Shown: positions 14,438 to 22,845 of the stretch, in pieces | Layout: each line of letters opens with the position of its first letter | How positions within the stretch are numbered: the first letter of the stretch is position 1 | Assembly: GCA_964490915.1 (NCBI GenBank) | Contig: CAZBEJ010000002.1 | Coordinates: 1 to 40,830 of the forward strand | DNA length: 40,830 nt | Reading direction: 5' to 3' | DNA from: an uncultured Gammaproteobacteria bacterium | GTDB taxonomy: Bacteria; Patescibacteriota; Microgenomatia; UBA1406; GWC2-37-13 | Program-made: the position numbers and the translations under genes | The notes under the pieces: model-generated | What the model was told of the DNA's origin: nothing | The model's input: the letters and a program-made list of their open reading frames with translations, nothing else | The model's database searches: none

Positions 14438-15484
14438 ATGACGCTGACCGAAATATCCTATAACAGCAGAAAATATGCGCCATTGGCAGTCCTTTTTTTT
14501 CTGGTAATCCTTATTTTCTTTTATGCATTTAAACTATTGTTTATTGCGCTCGAAGGCAACCAGACTCGACCGATTTATACGAATGCGGTTTTCGGAAAAA
14601 TCAAACAGCCGTTTGTAAAAGAGGCAACATCCAGCGCCGGCATGACATTTACGCTGGATACGGTTGAAGGTCAACCGGTCACCGCCTCGTCTGCAGCAAA
14701 AGTATATTTTCTTCCGCCTTCAGCAACGCATTTCGGCTACAACGAAAAAGTATATTTGATCGCAAAAGCATTTGGATTTAATACCGATCTGATTAAATAC
14801 CGCATGGTTGATATGGACGCGGTGTTTACCGATTCCAAGCAAAAACTTTCGGTCGATATCACCAACTTCAATTTTTCATACAACTATGATTTCGCGCTTG
14901 ACCCGGCCGTTTTCAACAGTATTCAAATTCCGTCAACCGACGTCATTCAAAACAAAGCAACGGACTTTCTCAAGACTGTCGGCCGCTATCCGGACGAGCT
15001 TGCGCAGGGAAAAATAAATATTTCCTATCTTATTCTGAATCCCACCGACCGTAGCGTAACCGTCACCGACAGGCCACAGGACGCCAATGCGGTCGAGGTC
15101 GATTTTTACCGGCCTGATATTGACGGTTTCCCCATGGTTTCACCCGGGTTTCCGTCCAGTCAAAATTACGTTATCATGGCAATATACAATACCAACATAA
15201 AGGTGTTAAGAGCGCAGATCCAGTTCTTTGAAAAATCAGATTCTCAGGTTGGTGTCTATCCGTTGAAAACAGGCGCTGTTGCATGGAAAGAACTGCAGGA
15301 AGGTAACGGATATGTCATATCGAATCCTCAAAACAATATGAATATTGATGTTAAGAATATGTTTACCGCATATCTTGACCCGAGTATTTACCAAAATTAT
15401 CTGGAACCGGTTTATGTATTTTTGGGAGGCAATAACTTCGCGGCATTTGTTCCTGCAGTCAGCGATTCATATCTCGCGCCGTGA
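14438..15484 (+). CDS. Hypothetical membrane-anchored, probably extracytoplasmic protein
   Basis: 348-aa ORF with one N-terminal TM helix (LAVLFFLVILIFFYAFKLLFIAL). No recognised motifs. Its 3' end overlaps the convergent dac-like gene by 26 nt. Confidence 0.6.
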   Translation: MTLTEISYNSRKYAPLAVLFFLVILIFFYAFKLLFIALEGNQTRPIYTNAVFGKIKQPFVKEATSSAGMTFTLDTVEGQPVTASSAAKVYFLPPSATHFGYNEKVYLIAKAFGFNTDLIKYRMVDMDAVFTDSKQKLSVDITNFNFSYNYDFALDPAVFNSIQIPSTDVIQNKATDFLKTVGRYPDELAQGKINISYLILNPTDRSVTVTDRPQDANAVEVDFYRPDIDGFPMVSPGFPSSQNYVIMAIYNTNIKVLRAQIQFFEKSDSQVGVYPLKTGAVAWKELQEGNGYVISNPQNNMNIDVKNMFTAYLDPSIYQNYLEPVYVFLGGNNFAAFVPAVSDSYLAP

Positions 15485-16379
15485 TATAGTTTATGTTTGA
15501 ATCAATCCAGTTGACCACTGCCTTTGTATCTGAGAACCGATCCTGGCTTTTCAGGATAACGATAATATACTGTCGGCCCTGATGTTTATAGAAACTAACC
15601 AGATTCTCGCCGGCGTTTTCCGTGTATCCTGTTTTCAATCCGCCGATTCCCTGGATTTCGCCAAGGAGCTGGTTGACGTTGGTTAACGTATGGAAGATCT
15701 TAAAGTCGACATCTGAGATCGTGATTTCTTTTATAGATACGATCCTGCTCAAATACTTGTTCTGTAGCAGGGCGCGAGCTGCCAGAGAGAGGTCAAAAGG
15801 TGTTACCAACTGTGACCTGTTGTCAAGACCGGCCGGATTAGTGAAATGCGAATCTTTCATATGGAGCTCTTGGGCTTTTTTATTCATCAATACGATGAAT
15901 TTATCGTAACCATACGCGTCGGCAAGAGCGTATGCCGCGTCGTTCCCCGAATAGATCAGCATTCCGTAAAATAGATTTTCAACAGTGATACGTTCACCGG
16001 GAACAAGGCCCATTACCTGACCTTCATTCATGACGCGGTGGATAGTAATAACCTGATCAGGTTTAAATATGTCATATGCCACCAGTGCGGTTATGATTTT
16101 GGCAGTCGAAGCAGGATAGAGGCGTTCGTGTTCATTTCGCATCATGATCGGCGTGAACGAAGGAAGATCGACAACATATACGCCTTCCGCCGTCACAGCA
16201 GGATAATATTGGCTAATCACGTGGGGAATGGGGTCAATTTTGATCGGGGTATTTTGCGGTGCTTTGACACTAAACATCTGTCGGTTATACGCGAAAATAT
16301 GGAAATAGTACGAATCGCCCGGATAAAAAAGAAAAAGTAAGGTAAAAAAACTGAATAATAGAATGAATTTCAGGCGCAT
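15459..16379 (-). CDS. D-alanyl-D-alanine carboxypeptidase (serine-type, PBP5/S11-like)
   Basis: 306-aa ORF with an N-terminal signal/anchor. Has SxxK (ASTAKIIT), SxN (YSGNDAA) and KTG (LKTGYT) motifs in the right order and spacing. Confidence 0.85.
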   Translation of the reverse strand: MRLKFILLFSFFTLLFLFYPGDSYYFHIFAYNRQMFSVKAPQNTPIKIDPIPHVISQYYPAVTAEGVYVVDLPSFTPIMMRNEHERLYPASTAKIITALVAYDIFKPDQVITIHRVMNEGQVMGLVPGERITVENLFYGMLIYSGNDAAYALADAYGYDKFIVLMNKKAQELHMKDSHFTNPAGLDNRSQLVTPFDLSLAARALLQNKYLSRIVSIKEITISDVDFKIFHTLTNVNQLLGEIQGIGGLKTGYTENAGENLVSFYKHQGRQYIIVILKSQDRFSDTKAVVNWIDSNINYITARDMNR

Positions 16380-16392
16380 ATAAAATAATGAA

Positions 16393-18231
16393 TTACGTAA
16401 AGTCTCCCACAGTCGGGTGAGTAATTGTTTTGAAATCTTCCGCCTTCATTTCGATTGATTTGGTGTGGCTGCCGGCATTAAAGTCGATGATTTGATTTTC
16501 GAATAACGCATGGTCGACATAGAGGGGAATAGAAAAAAGATTGCCGAAAGGCGGAACAGCGCCGATTTCAACATGGCTGACAGTTTTCACTTCTTCGGGT
16601 TTTGCCATTCTCAGATCCTTGACTTTATAGAGCATCTTGAATTTTTTCGTGTCGACTTTCCGGTCGGCAGGCACCACGATCATGACCGGTTTTTTGTCCG
16701 CATACATGATAAGAGCTTTTGCTCCGCGTTTTAAATCTGTGCCGCGGACTTTTGCAGCTTGCTCGGAAGTAAAAACTGGTTCATGTTCGTGGAGCGTATA
16801 TTCCTTTTTTTTGTTTTTTAGGAGTTTGACTATGGATTCGAACACATTCATATTGTATTTTTTTTCCGTAATTGAGATTCCCAGTTCCTGCAGCTGTTCT
16901 TCGCGTGCTTCGGACGGTGCATCCATGACCGCTGTTCTTCCTCCGGATGTGACAGGAAACGCGATAACTTCTCGCAAGTTTGATTCTCCGGTTAGACAGG
17001 TAATCAAACGGTCTATACCCGGCGCTATGCCGCCGTGCGGAGGCGCGCCATAGGAAAACGCCTCGATCATATGGCCGAACTCGGCGTCGATCCTCTGTTT
17101 TTCATACCCCATGATTTCGAAAACGCTTCTGAGCATTTCTGGCGTATGGGATCTGATGCTTCCTCCGCCGACTTCATAGCCGTTGCAGACCAGATCGTAT
17201 TGCGACGTAAGAATCTTTTCGATATTCGTTTTATTCAGCAGATCCTTCTCGTATTCGGGCAGCGGAGCGGAAAACGGGTTATGGGTAAAAGTCCATTTTC
17301 CTTCATATGTCTGTTCGAAAAACGGGAAATCAATAACCCAGGCAAATGCCTGGACATTGTCTTTTTTTTCCTGGTCGGTGCGCAGGTCGAACTTGTCTGC
17401 GCCGAACTTTTCCTTTGCTTCCTTATACGTAAAAACAGGAAATGGTTTTTTTTGCAGTTTCGCGCCGAGTTTCTCGAACGTAACTATTATCATTTCCTCG
17501 GTCAATTTCATGACATCCTTGCGGGTGACGAAGCTCATTTCGAGGTCGATCTGTGAAAACTCGCCGTATGCGCGGTCAGCGCGCGGGTCCTCATCCCTGA
17601 AACAGCGGGCGATCTGGAAATACCGTTCGAGTCCGGCAACCATGAGAAGTTGTTTATACTGTTGCGGCGACTGGGGGAGGGCGTAGAATTTTCCTTTTTG
17701 TAGTCGTGAAGGAACCAGGAAATCTCGTGCCCCTTCCGGTGTTGTTTTGGACAGAATAGGTGTTTCGATTTCGATAAACCGGTTTGAAAACAAAAATTCC
17801 CTAACAAGCTGGACGAATTTCGATTTGATGATAAGATTATTGGTCAGGCGCGGTCTTCGTAAATCAAGATACCGGTATTTCTGGCGGACTTCCTCATCAA
17901 CATTGTATCCGGTTCCTGACACAGGAAGGGGTAGGGCATTAGCTTTTCCCAAAACTTTCAGTTTTTTTGCAGCCACCTCAATACTGCCGGTCTTAAGTTT
18001 AGGATTTACCAAGTTTTCAGGCCGCTTATTGATTGTACCTTTAATCCATACGACATCTTCAGAAGATAATTCCTTAAAGCGTTCATCGCCAACAACCTGG
18101 ACAATGCCGCTTCGGTCACGAAGATCAATGAACACGATTTTCTTGTGGTCCCGTTTCGAATCTACCCAACCGTAAAGCTCCACTTCCTGACCGACTTTAT
18201 CAACTGTTTCGCTGATAAAAAGAGTTTTCAT
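16393..18231 (-). CDS. aspS: Aspartate--tRNA ligase, bacterial type without the GAD insertion, fused to a C-terminal YbaK/ProX-like aminoacyl-tRNA deacylase domain
   Basis: 612-aa ORF with an N-terminal OB anticodon-binding domain. Motif 2 is FRDEDPRADR..EFSQIDLEMSF, with HNPFSAP and GGGSIRSH, and motif 3 is PPHGGIAPGIDRL. Residues 457-612 carry the tRNA_edit/YbaK pattern (GAKALIMYADKKPVMIVVPADRKVDTKKFK ... GAVPPFG ... DFNAGSH). Confidence 0.9.
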   Translation of the reverse strand: MKTLFISETVDKVGQEVELYGWVDSKRDHKKIVFIDLRDRSGIVQVVGDERFKELSSEDVVWIKGTINKRPENLVNPKLKTGSIEVAAKKLKVLGKANALPLPVSGTGYNVDEEVRQKYRYLDLRRPRLTNNLIIKSKFVQLVREFLFSNRFIEIETPILSKTTPEGARDFLVPSRLQKGKFYALPQSPQQYKQLLMVAGLERYFQIARCFRDEDPRADRAYGEFSQIDLEMSFVTRKDVMKLTEEMIIVTFEKLGAKLQKKPFPVFTYKEAKEKFGADKFDLRTDQEKKDNVQAFAWVIDFPFFEQTYEGKWTFTHNPFSAPLPEYEKDLLNKTNIEKILTSQYDLVCNGYEVGGGSIRSHTPEMLRSVFEIMGYEKQRIDAEFGHMIEAFSYGAPPHGGIAPGIDRLITCLTGESNLREVIAFPVTSGGRTAVMDAPSEAREEQLQELGISITEKKYNMNVFESIVKLLKNKKKEYTLHEHEPVFTSEQAAKVRGTDLKRGAKALIMYADKKPVMIVVPADRKVDTKKFKMLYKVKDLRMAKPEEVKTVSHVEIGAVPPFGNLFSIPLYVDHALFENQIIDFNAGSHTKSIEMKAEDFKTITHPTVGDFT

Positions 18232-18286
18232 GTTTATGAACCATTATAGCAAGTTCGCGATAAAAAATCATAGCCACAAAATGTTG

Positions 18287-18314
18287 TTGAAATTGAACAA
18301 ATTTTTGGTATACT
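18287..18314 (+). promoter_or_regulatory. Putative promoter TTGAAA, 16-nt spacer, TATACT with TG-extended -10
   Basis: TTGAAA at 18287-18292 and tggTATACT at 18306-18314. It lies in the divergent region between aspS and the 18500 ORF. Confidence 0.45.
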
Positions 18315-18377
18315 TTTAACTAGATTGTCAAATATAGATAAACATAAATATGGTAAAACAATATCAACTTTTTATTT

Positions 18378-18482
18378 CCCACATCCGGGTCCTTATTACA
18401 AGGATCAGGAGTGGGGTGGTTGATACGGCGAAATAAGCAATTTAACGTTACAAACCACCCCGCCGGAAGGCGGGTTTTTTTT
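18378..18482 (+). ncRNA. Candidate structured leader (attenuator/riboswitch-like) or small RNA ending in an intrinsic terminator
   Basis: There are three overlapping helices. Hairpin 1 spans 18378-18415 (15 bp: CCCAC/GUGGG, UCC/GGA, GGUCCUU/AAGGAUC). A long-range helix pairs GGGGUGGUU (18413-18421) with AACCACCCC (18453-18461). The terminator spans 18459-18482. Confidence 0.45.
18459..18482 (+). terminator. Rho-independent terminator CCCGCC-GGAA-GGCGGG followed by U8
   Basis: A 6-bp stem with a GNRA-type loop is followed by eight T. It is oriented for the + strand only and lies 18 nt upstream of the 18500 start codon. Confidence 0.7.
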
Positions 18483-18499
18483 ATTTAAACAATATAAAT

Positions 18500-18853
18500 A
18501 TGGGAGAAAAACTAACACAAATGGAAAATAAAACAAATTTCTTAAATTTACTTGTAGGAATTCCTTTTTTATGCGATGCAAACTTGATTGGAGATTATAT
18601 AGAGCATTCTGTTAAGCAAGTATATAAAAATTTAATTTCCAACGGAAGCGAAAAAAAAGAGGTTTTAGAAATTTTAGATCGTATACCTGATGGTAAGGAA
18701 AGAGAAGTTGCTTCCTTTATCAATAATACAGTAGATGTTATGAATAGCGGTCGGAGAAAAAGACGAATGCTGGGGCACAAGGTAAACGCAAAACCTCATC
18801 TTCATATAGTACAAGCAATTAGAAGTATGAGAAATTTATATTCAGGAGAATAA
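18500..18853 (+). CDS. Hypothetical protein (orphan, no recognised family)
   Basis: 117-aa ORF in a locally AT-rich stretch with a basic patch, GRRKRRMLGHK. No motif recognised. Confidence 0.5.
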   Translation: MGEKLTQMENKTNFLNLLVGIPFLCDANLIGDYIEHSVKQVYKNLISNGSEKKEVLEILDRIPDGKEREVASFINNTVDVMNSGRRKRRMLGHKVNAKPHLHIVQAIRSMRNLYSGE

Positions 18854-18890
18854 TGTCAGTTTAGTTTTTAATATATTTAAAAGAGACAAT

Positions 18891-19133
18891 ATGCCGGTAT
18901 GGCAAAAAAAAACTGATTCCAACGGCAACTCAAGACTTGAGTTTGATGTACCGGTAAATAGCCGGCGAGCAAAACGGGAAACCGGAAATCTATTGCACAA
19001 TGTTTGTACAGCCTGTATATTCTTAAGTCAAGGCACCTATGGAATGCTTGATGCTGAAGGATATGTTGGCGAAAGAGAAAGAATTCCATACAGAACATGC
19101 CCAGGAATTGGTAGACCTGAAGCCAAATGCTAG
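18891..19133 (+). CDS. Hypothetical small Cys-containing protein (orphan)
   Basis: 80-aa ORF containing CTAC ... C ... C and a run of nine A at 18905-18913. No motif recognised, and coding status is uncertain. Confidence 0.35.
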   Translation: MPVWQKKTDSNGNSRLEFDVPVNSRRAKRETGNLLHNVCTACIFLSQGTYGMLDAEGYVGERERIPYRTCPGIGRPEAKC

Positions 19134-19146
19134 TAACTTATGTGTT

Positions 19147-20856
19147 TTAAATATTTCTTATTCTTCCTTGCAACTTTTCTTTATGATTCCAGTAGTTAAT
19201 TCCCAGCATGTAAATCAATTCTATGTTTTGCCCCCGTGATAATTTCGTAAATTGTTCAACAGAGTTAAATGACATGAATTCAACAGGCTGTGATTTTTCG
19301 TCTTTTACCAGTAACTTCATATGATTCTGTTCTTTTCCCAGTATTTTCGCATCCACGAGTTCTCCTTTGCTGTAAAACACGGGTTGGGGATTTCCGATAC
19401 CGAATGGTTGGAGTTTAAACAACGCTTTTGCAACTGAAATATTGATTTTCGATAGAGGTATTTTTATATCAGCTTCAATTATCCGTTCGAGATCTTTTTC
19501 AGAAATTAATATATCTGCCTTTTTTTGGGCATTTTCGATAAACCCGTCAAGATTGGTGTTTTCAATGGTGAATCCGGCAGCGCCTTTATGTCCGCCGACA
19601 TCAACAAGGTATTGTTTCAGGCTTCTCAAAAAATCAGTTATGTGGAATGAAGGAATGGAGCGCGCCGATCCCTTATAAAATCCGTCTGTTTTGGTCATGA
19701 CAATGGTAGGCCGGAAATATTCCTCGGTAATTCTGGATGCGATAAGTCCGATAATGCCTTCATGCCAGTGATCGGATTGCAGGATAATGAGTTTCGGTAT
19801 TTTTTTGAAATGATCTGTCTGTTTTTCAAGTTGTTTTTTTGCCTGCTCTACGGATTCGGTTACCATGTCCTGACGCTCCCTGTTCATTCCTCCGACTTTT
19901 TCCGCAAGCGCCTGCGCTTTTTTAAAATCATTGGTGCACAGAAGGCGCAATGCATCTATGGCATGTTCCAGTCTTCCCACGGCATTGATGCGGGGCGCAA
20001 TAATAAATCCTATTTCATATGGCGTGATTTTCCTGTTTTCTATACCGGCCTGTTTGAGAATGGTACGAAGCCCGGGTCTTTTGGTTTCGGAGAATGCGTG
20101 CAGGCCATAGGTTACTATGCTCCGGGACGGGCCGGTCAAGGGAACAAGATCCGCAACGGTTCCGACCGAGGCGAGCGATAGATAATCGGTTGAAAAATGA
20201 TCTTCGAGAATTTTTTTATTTTTACAGCCGGACTTAAAATGGTCAAAAACCATTTTTGAGAAGAAGTAGGAAACGCCTGAACCTGAAAGCTCGGGGATGT
20301 GAAAAATCGCAAAAGCGTCATCAGGCAGTTTTTCCGGTTTCAAATGGTGATCGGTGATGATGACCAGTATTCCCAATTTTTTCGCGTAAGTTACTTTCTC
20401 CCGGGCTGTTATGCCGTGATCAACACTGATAATCAGCGCCGGATCATACAGTTTCTTTACCGCATCGATCCCTTTTATGGAAAATCCGTATCCTTCAAGT
20501 TTACGGTGGGGAACGTAGGGCATGACTTTGAATCCGAGAAGATAGAGTGTTTCCCATAATATGCTGCCGCCGGTAATGCCGTCGGCGTCATAATCCGTGT
20601 ACACGACAATCATCAGATTTTCTTTTTTTATCTTTTCAAGAAGATCCAGGGTTTGTTTTGTTTCGGTTTTATATTGTTTGGTACTGATTTCGGAGATGGA
20701 AAGAGAAACCGGAGATTTCGGATGAAGGAACTCATTAATATTTTTAATATTCCGGTGTTTTAGGATAATGTCTACGACGTCCTGAGGATCAATCTTCTCA
20801 TCAAGTTTTATTTCATGTTTGTATGTGATCTTCATATGGATCCAAAATAAGGACAC
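19147..20856 (-). CDS. recJ: Single-stranded-DNA-specific exonuclease RecJ
   Basis: 569-aa ORF. DHH-family motifs are DYDADGITGG, SVDHG and ITDHH, with DHHA1 GGHKGAAG. The start is ambiguous: GTG at 20856 or ATG at 20835. Confidence 0.9.
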   Translation of the reverse strand: MSLFWIHMKITYKHEIKLDEKIDPQDVVDIILKHRNIKNINEFLHPKSPVSLSISEISTKQYKTETKQTLDLLEKIKKENLMIVVYTDYDADGITGGSILWETLYLLGFKVMPYVPHRKLEGYGFSIKGIDAVKKLYDPALIISVDHGITAREKVTYAKKLGILVIITDHHLKPEKLPDDAFAIFHIPELSGSGVSYFFSKMVFDHFKSGCKNKKILEDHFSTDYLSLASVGTVADLVPLTGPSRSIVTYGLHAFSETKRPGLRTILKQAGIENRKITPYEIGFIIAPRINAVGRLEHAIDALRLLCTNDFKKAQALAEKVGGMNRERQDMVTESVEQAKKQLEKQTDHFKKIPKLIILQSDHWHEGIIGLIASRITEEYFRPTIVMTKTDGFYKGSARSIPSFHITDFLRSLKQYLVDVGGHKGAAGFTIENTNLDGFIENAQKKADILISEKDLERIIEADIKIPLSKINISVAKALFKLQPFGIGNPQPVFYSKGELVDAKILGKEQNHMKLLVKDEKSQPVEFMSFNSVEQFTKLSRGQNIELIYMLGINYWNHKEKLQGRIRNI

Positions 20857-20861
20857 TCCTT

Positions 20862-21869
20862 TTAAGGGGCGGTTTTATCTTCCAATTGGTTTGTCTCTTT
20901 ATTCTCAGAAAGCATTTGGGTAGAGGAAAGTTTTTGTCCCAATGACTGGAATGACCTGGTTACTACGTCCATCTGGTTATATGCATGTGTTATATGTTTC
21001 TGCAGAGTGGATAACGAATCTTCGGATTTCTCATAGTCTTTTTTAATGGCTTTCAGGATGTCCAGAATCTGCTTTGCCTGCGTCTGGATTCTCTGGCCTT
21101 CGAATGACATGAGTATCGCCTTCATGTACGCGTAAAAACTCATGGGTGAAACAGGAAGTACGCGTCGGTCCCCGGCATAATCGAACAGCTCTGTGCTGTT
21201 TATGATTTCGTAATATACGGATTCCGAAGGTATATACATAAGCGCATAATCCATGGTATGTTCGTCAACCAGGATATATTTACGGCTTATATCATTGATA
21301 TGTTTTTTCACGTCATTGGCGAACTCTTTTTTTATTTTATTTTTTTCCTCAGGGTTTGTTTCCTTTGTCATTTTCCTGAAATTTTCCATGGGGAACTTCG
21401 AATCGATCGGAATAAGTCCTTGTGAAGTTTTAATCACCGCATCGACTTTTTCTCCATTTCTGAATCCGTGCTGGAGTTTGTACGAGTCTTTGGGAAAATA
21501 CTGCGCCAGGAGCTCTTTTAATACCTGTTCGCCGATGTTGCCGCGCAGTTTCGGCGATTGGAGAAATTCCTGAAGCTCGTTCATGGATCTGCCGATCTCG
21601 GAAAACTCGCCTATGCTTTTTTGTACGTCACCGATAACCCGTGCTGCATTATCCAATCGGGTGTTAAACATTTTCATGCTATCAGACAATTTGTTGTCAA
21701 TCTGCATTGTTGAAGATTTAAGCCATTCAACCAGTTCATCAGATAGTTTTGTTTTTTCTTCGAGTTTGTTGAGCCAAAGACGAAGTATAAAAAGAATGAT
21801 ACCGGCTGTAATAATCAATAGTACGATAAAGAGAATATTCACATGAAAATTATAGCATTGAAAATTCAA
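20862..21869 (-). CDS. rmuC: DNA recombination protein RmuC
   Basis: 335-aa ORF with an N-terminal TM helix and a coiled-coil. The RmuC core is VDAVIKTSQGLIPIDSKFP ... YALMYIPSESVYYE ... VLPVSPMSFYAYM. Confidence 0.8.
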   Translation of the reverse strand: MNFQCYNFHVNILFIVLLIITAGIILFILRLWLNKLEEKTKLSDELVEWLKSSTMQIDNKLSDSMKMFNTRLDNAARVIGDVQKSIGEFSEIGRSMNELQEFLQSPKLRGNIGEQVLKELLAQYFPKDSYKLQHGFRNGEKVDAVIKTSQGLIPIDSKFPMENFRKMTKETNPEEKNKIKKEFANDVKKHINDISRKYILVDEHTMDYALMYIPSESVYYEIINSTELFDYAGDRRVLPVSPMSFYAYMKAILMSFEGQRIQTQAKQILDILKAIKKDYEKSEDSLSTLQKHITHAYNQMDVVTRSFQSLGQKLSSTQMLSENKETNQLEDKTAP

Positions 21870-21902
21870 TGAAAATTGAGAAATGAAAATTATGGACAGG
21901 AG

Positions 21903-22841
21903 TTATATGAGTCCAGATCCTTTGAAGATTTTCGGTTTCAACCAGTCTTGGGCGCTTTGGGTTTGCTGGTCATCTGTTTTACTCTCCTTTTCAACCACTT
22001 CCACGGGTTTTGTCTGAATTTCAGGATGCAGTCCTCCGCGAACCTGCATCTGAGGCTGTGGTTTGACAGGTTTTTGTACCTGAGGTTGATTAAAGCCCGG
22101 TTTTTTTACCATTTTTTTCAAAGCTCCCATACGAAGTAATATAGCTATATGTTCGAATGTATCGGCATTCACCGAGTATGAAGTAAAGTTATTGGTTGCC
22201 GCAGCAATACCGGCATACAGGTTGGTAGCCATATCTTTATCAATCTCCAGCTTGAGCTCCTGCAAAATGTTCAGAATGAGTTCTGATACAGATGAAGATG
22301 TTTTATTAACCATATTTATGGTACCGAAGAATGCATTGGTGAGATGGCGGTCAATATTGACGATTTCCCGTCCCTGGAACATGGCCTGGTTTTCCGTATA
22401 GAGGGTTCCCAGGGAACTGAGCGCAGGCGAGTCAATAACGATTACGAAATCGAGCATACCGCCGGTATACGAGTATTTGACCTGGTTAGACTGCATTTTC
22501 GGATAGCCTTGGCGCGGCGTGATAATAAGGTTGAAGTTATTACCTTGGATATTATAATCAACTTTGTCGATAGCACCGTCCGTATAGGGGAATGAGATAA
22601 CCAGATTATCACCGCTGGTTACGAGCTCAGATTGGAATTTATCCGCGGCAACAAGATCGCTCTGAACAGACTGTGAATTTACCAAGGCAACTGTTTTACC
22701 TATCTTAACCAGACCAAGATACAAAGCTGTAGCTGAAGCTATAGCATCAACCGTAGGATTGCCGGGCAAAATAATAGCGCCAGAACTGGCTTTGGTGATA
22801 ATTTCGTGCAGTCGTAAGAGGTTGTTTTGTTGGGTATCCAT
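21903..22841 (-). CDS. DHH/DHHA1-fold NrnA-like protein with degenerate catalytic motifs and a Gln/Pro-rich tail
   Basis: 312-aa ORF colinear with NrnA-type phosphoesterases, but the motifs are altered. HxxPDGD becomes LPGNPTVD, DHH becomes DRH (NIDRHLTN), and GIxTDTGxF becomes GIAAATNNF. The C-terminus is PGFNQPQVQKPVKPQPQMQ. Confidence 0.6.
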   Translation of the reverse strand: MDTQQNNLLRLHEIITKASSGAIILPGNPTVDAIASATALYLGLVKIGKTVALVNSQSVQSDLVAADKFQSELVTSGDNLVISFPYTDGAIDKVDYNIQGNNFNLIITPRQGYPKMQSNQVKYSYTGGMLDFVIVIDSPALSSLGTLYTENQAMFQGREIVNIDRHLTNAFFGTINMVNKTSSSVSELILNILQELKLEIDKDMATNLYAGIAAATNNFTSYSVNADTFEHIAILLRMGALKKMVKKPGFNQPQVQKPVKPQPQMQVRGGLHPEIQTKPVEVVEKESKTDDQQTQSAQDWLKPKIFKGSGLI

Positions 22842-22845
22842 ATTA

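Noticed and set aside
16510-18175. Series of plus-strand ORFs (74-173 aa) inside aspS, with similar antisense ORFs inside the ABC, recJ, infB, nusA, secD, dnaK and hydrogenase genes
   Set aside because: All are antisense or shadow frames of genes with strong family motifs. They lack motifs of their own and have Ser/Arg/Phe-rich shadow-frame composition.
18455-18482. GGAA tetraloop hairpin considered as the SRP RNA (4.5S) domain IV apex
   Set aside because: The conserved SRP symmetric and asymmetric loop sequences flanking the tetraloop are missing. The stem is followed directly by U8, which fits an intrinsic terminator much better.
18877-19098. 73-aa minus-strand ORF opposite the 80-aa orphan ORF
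   Set aside because: Neither frame has recognisable motifs. The plus-strand frame was kept at low confidence because it follows the 117-aa ORF in the same orientation. The minus-strand frame would have to be expressed from within the recJ 3' flank with no evident signals.
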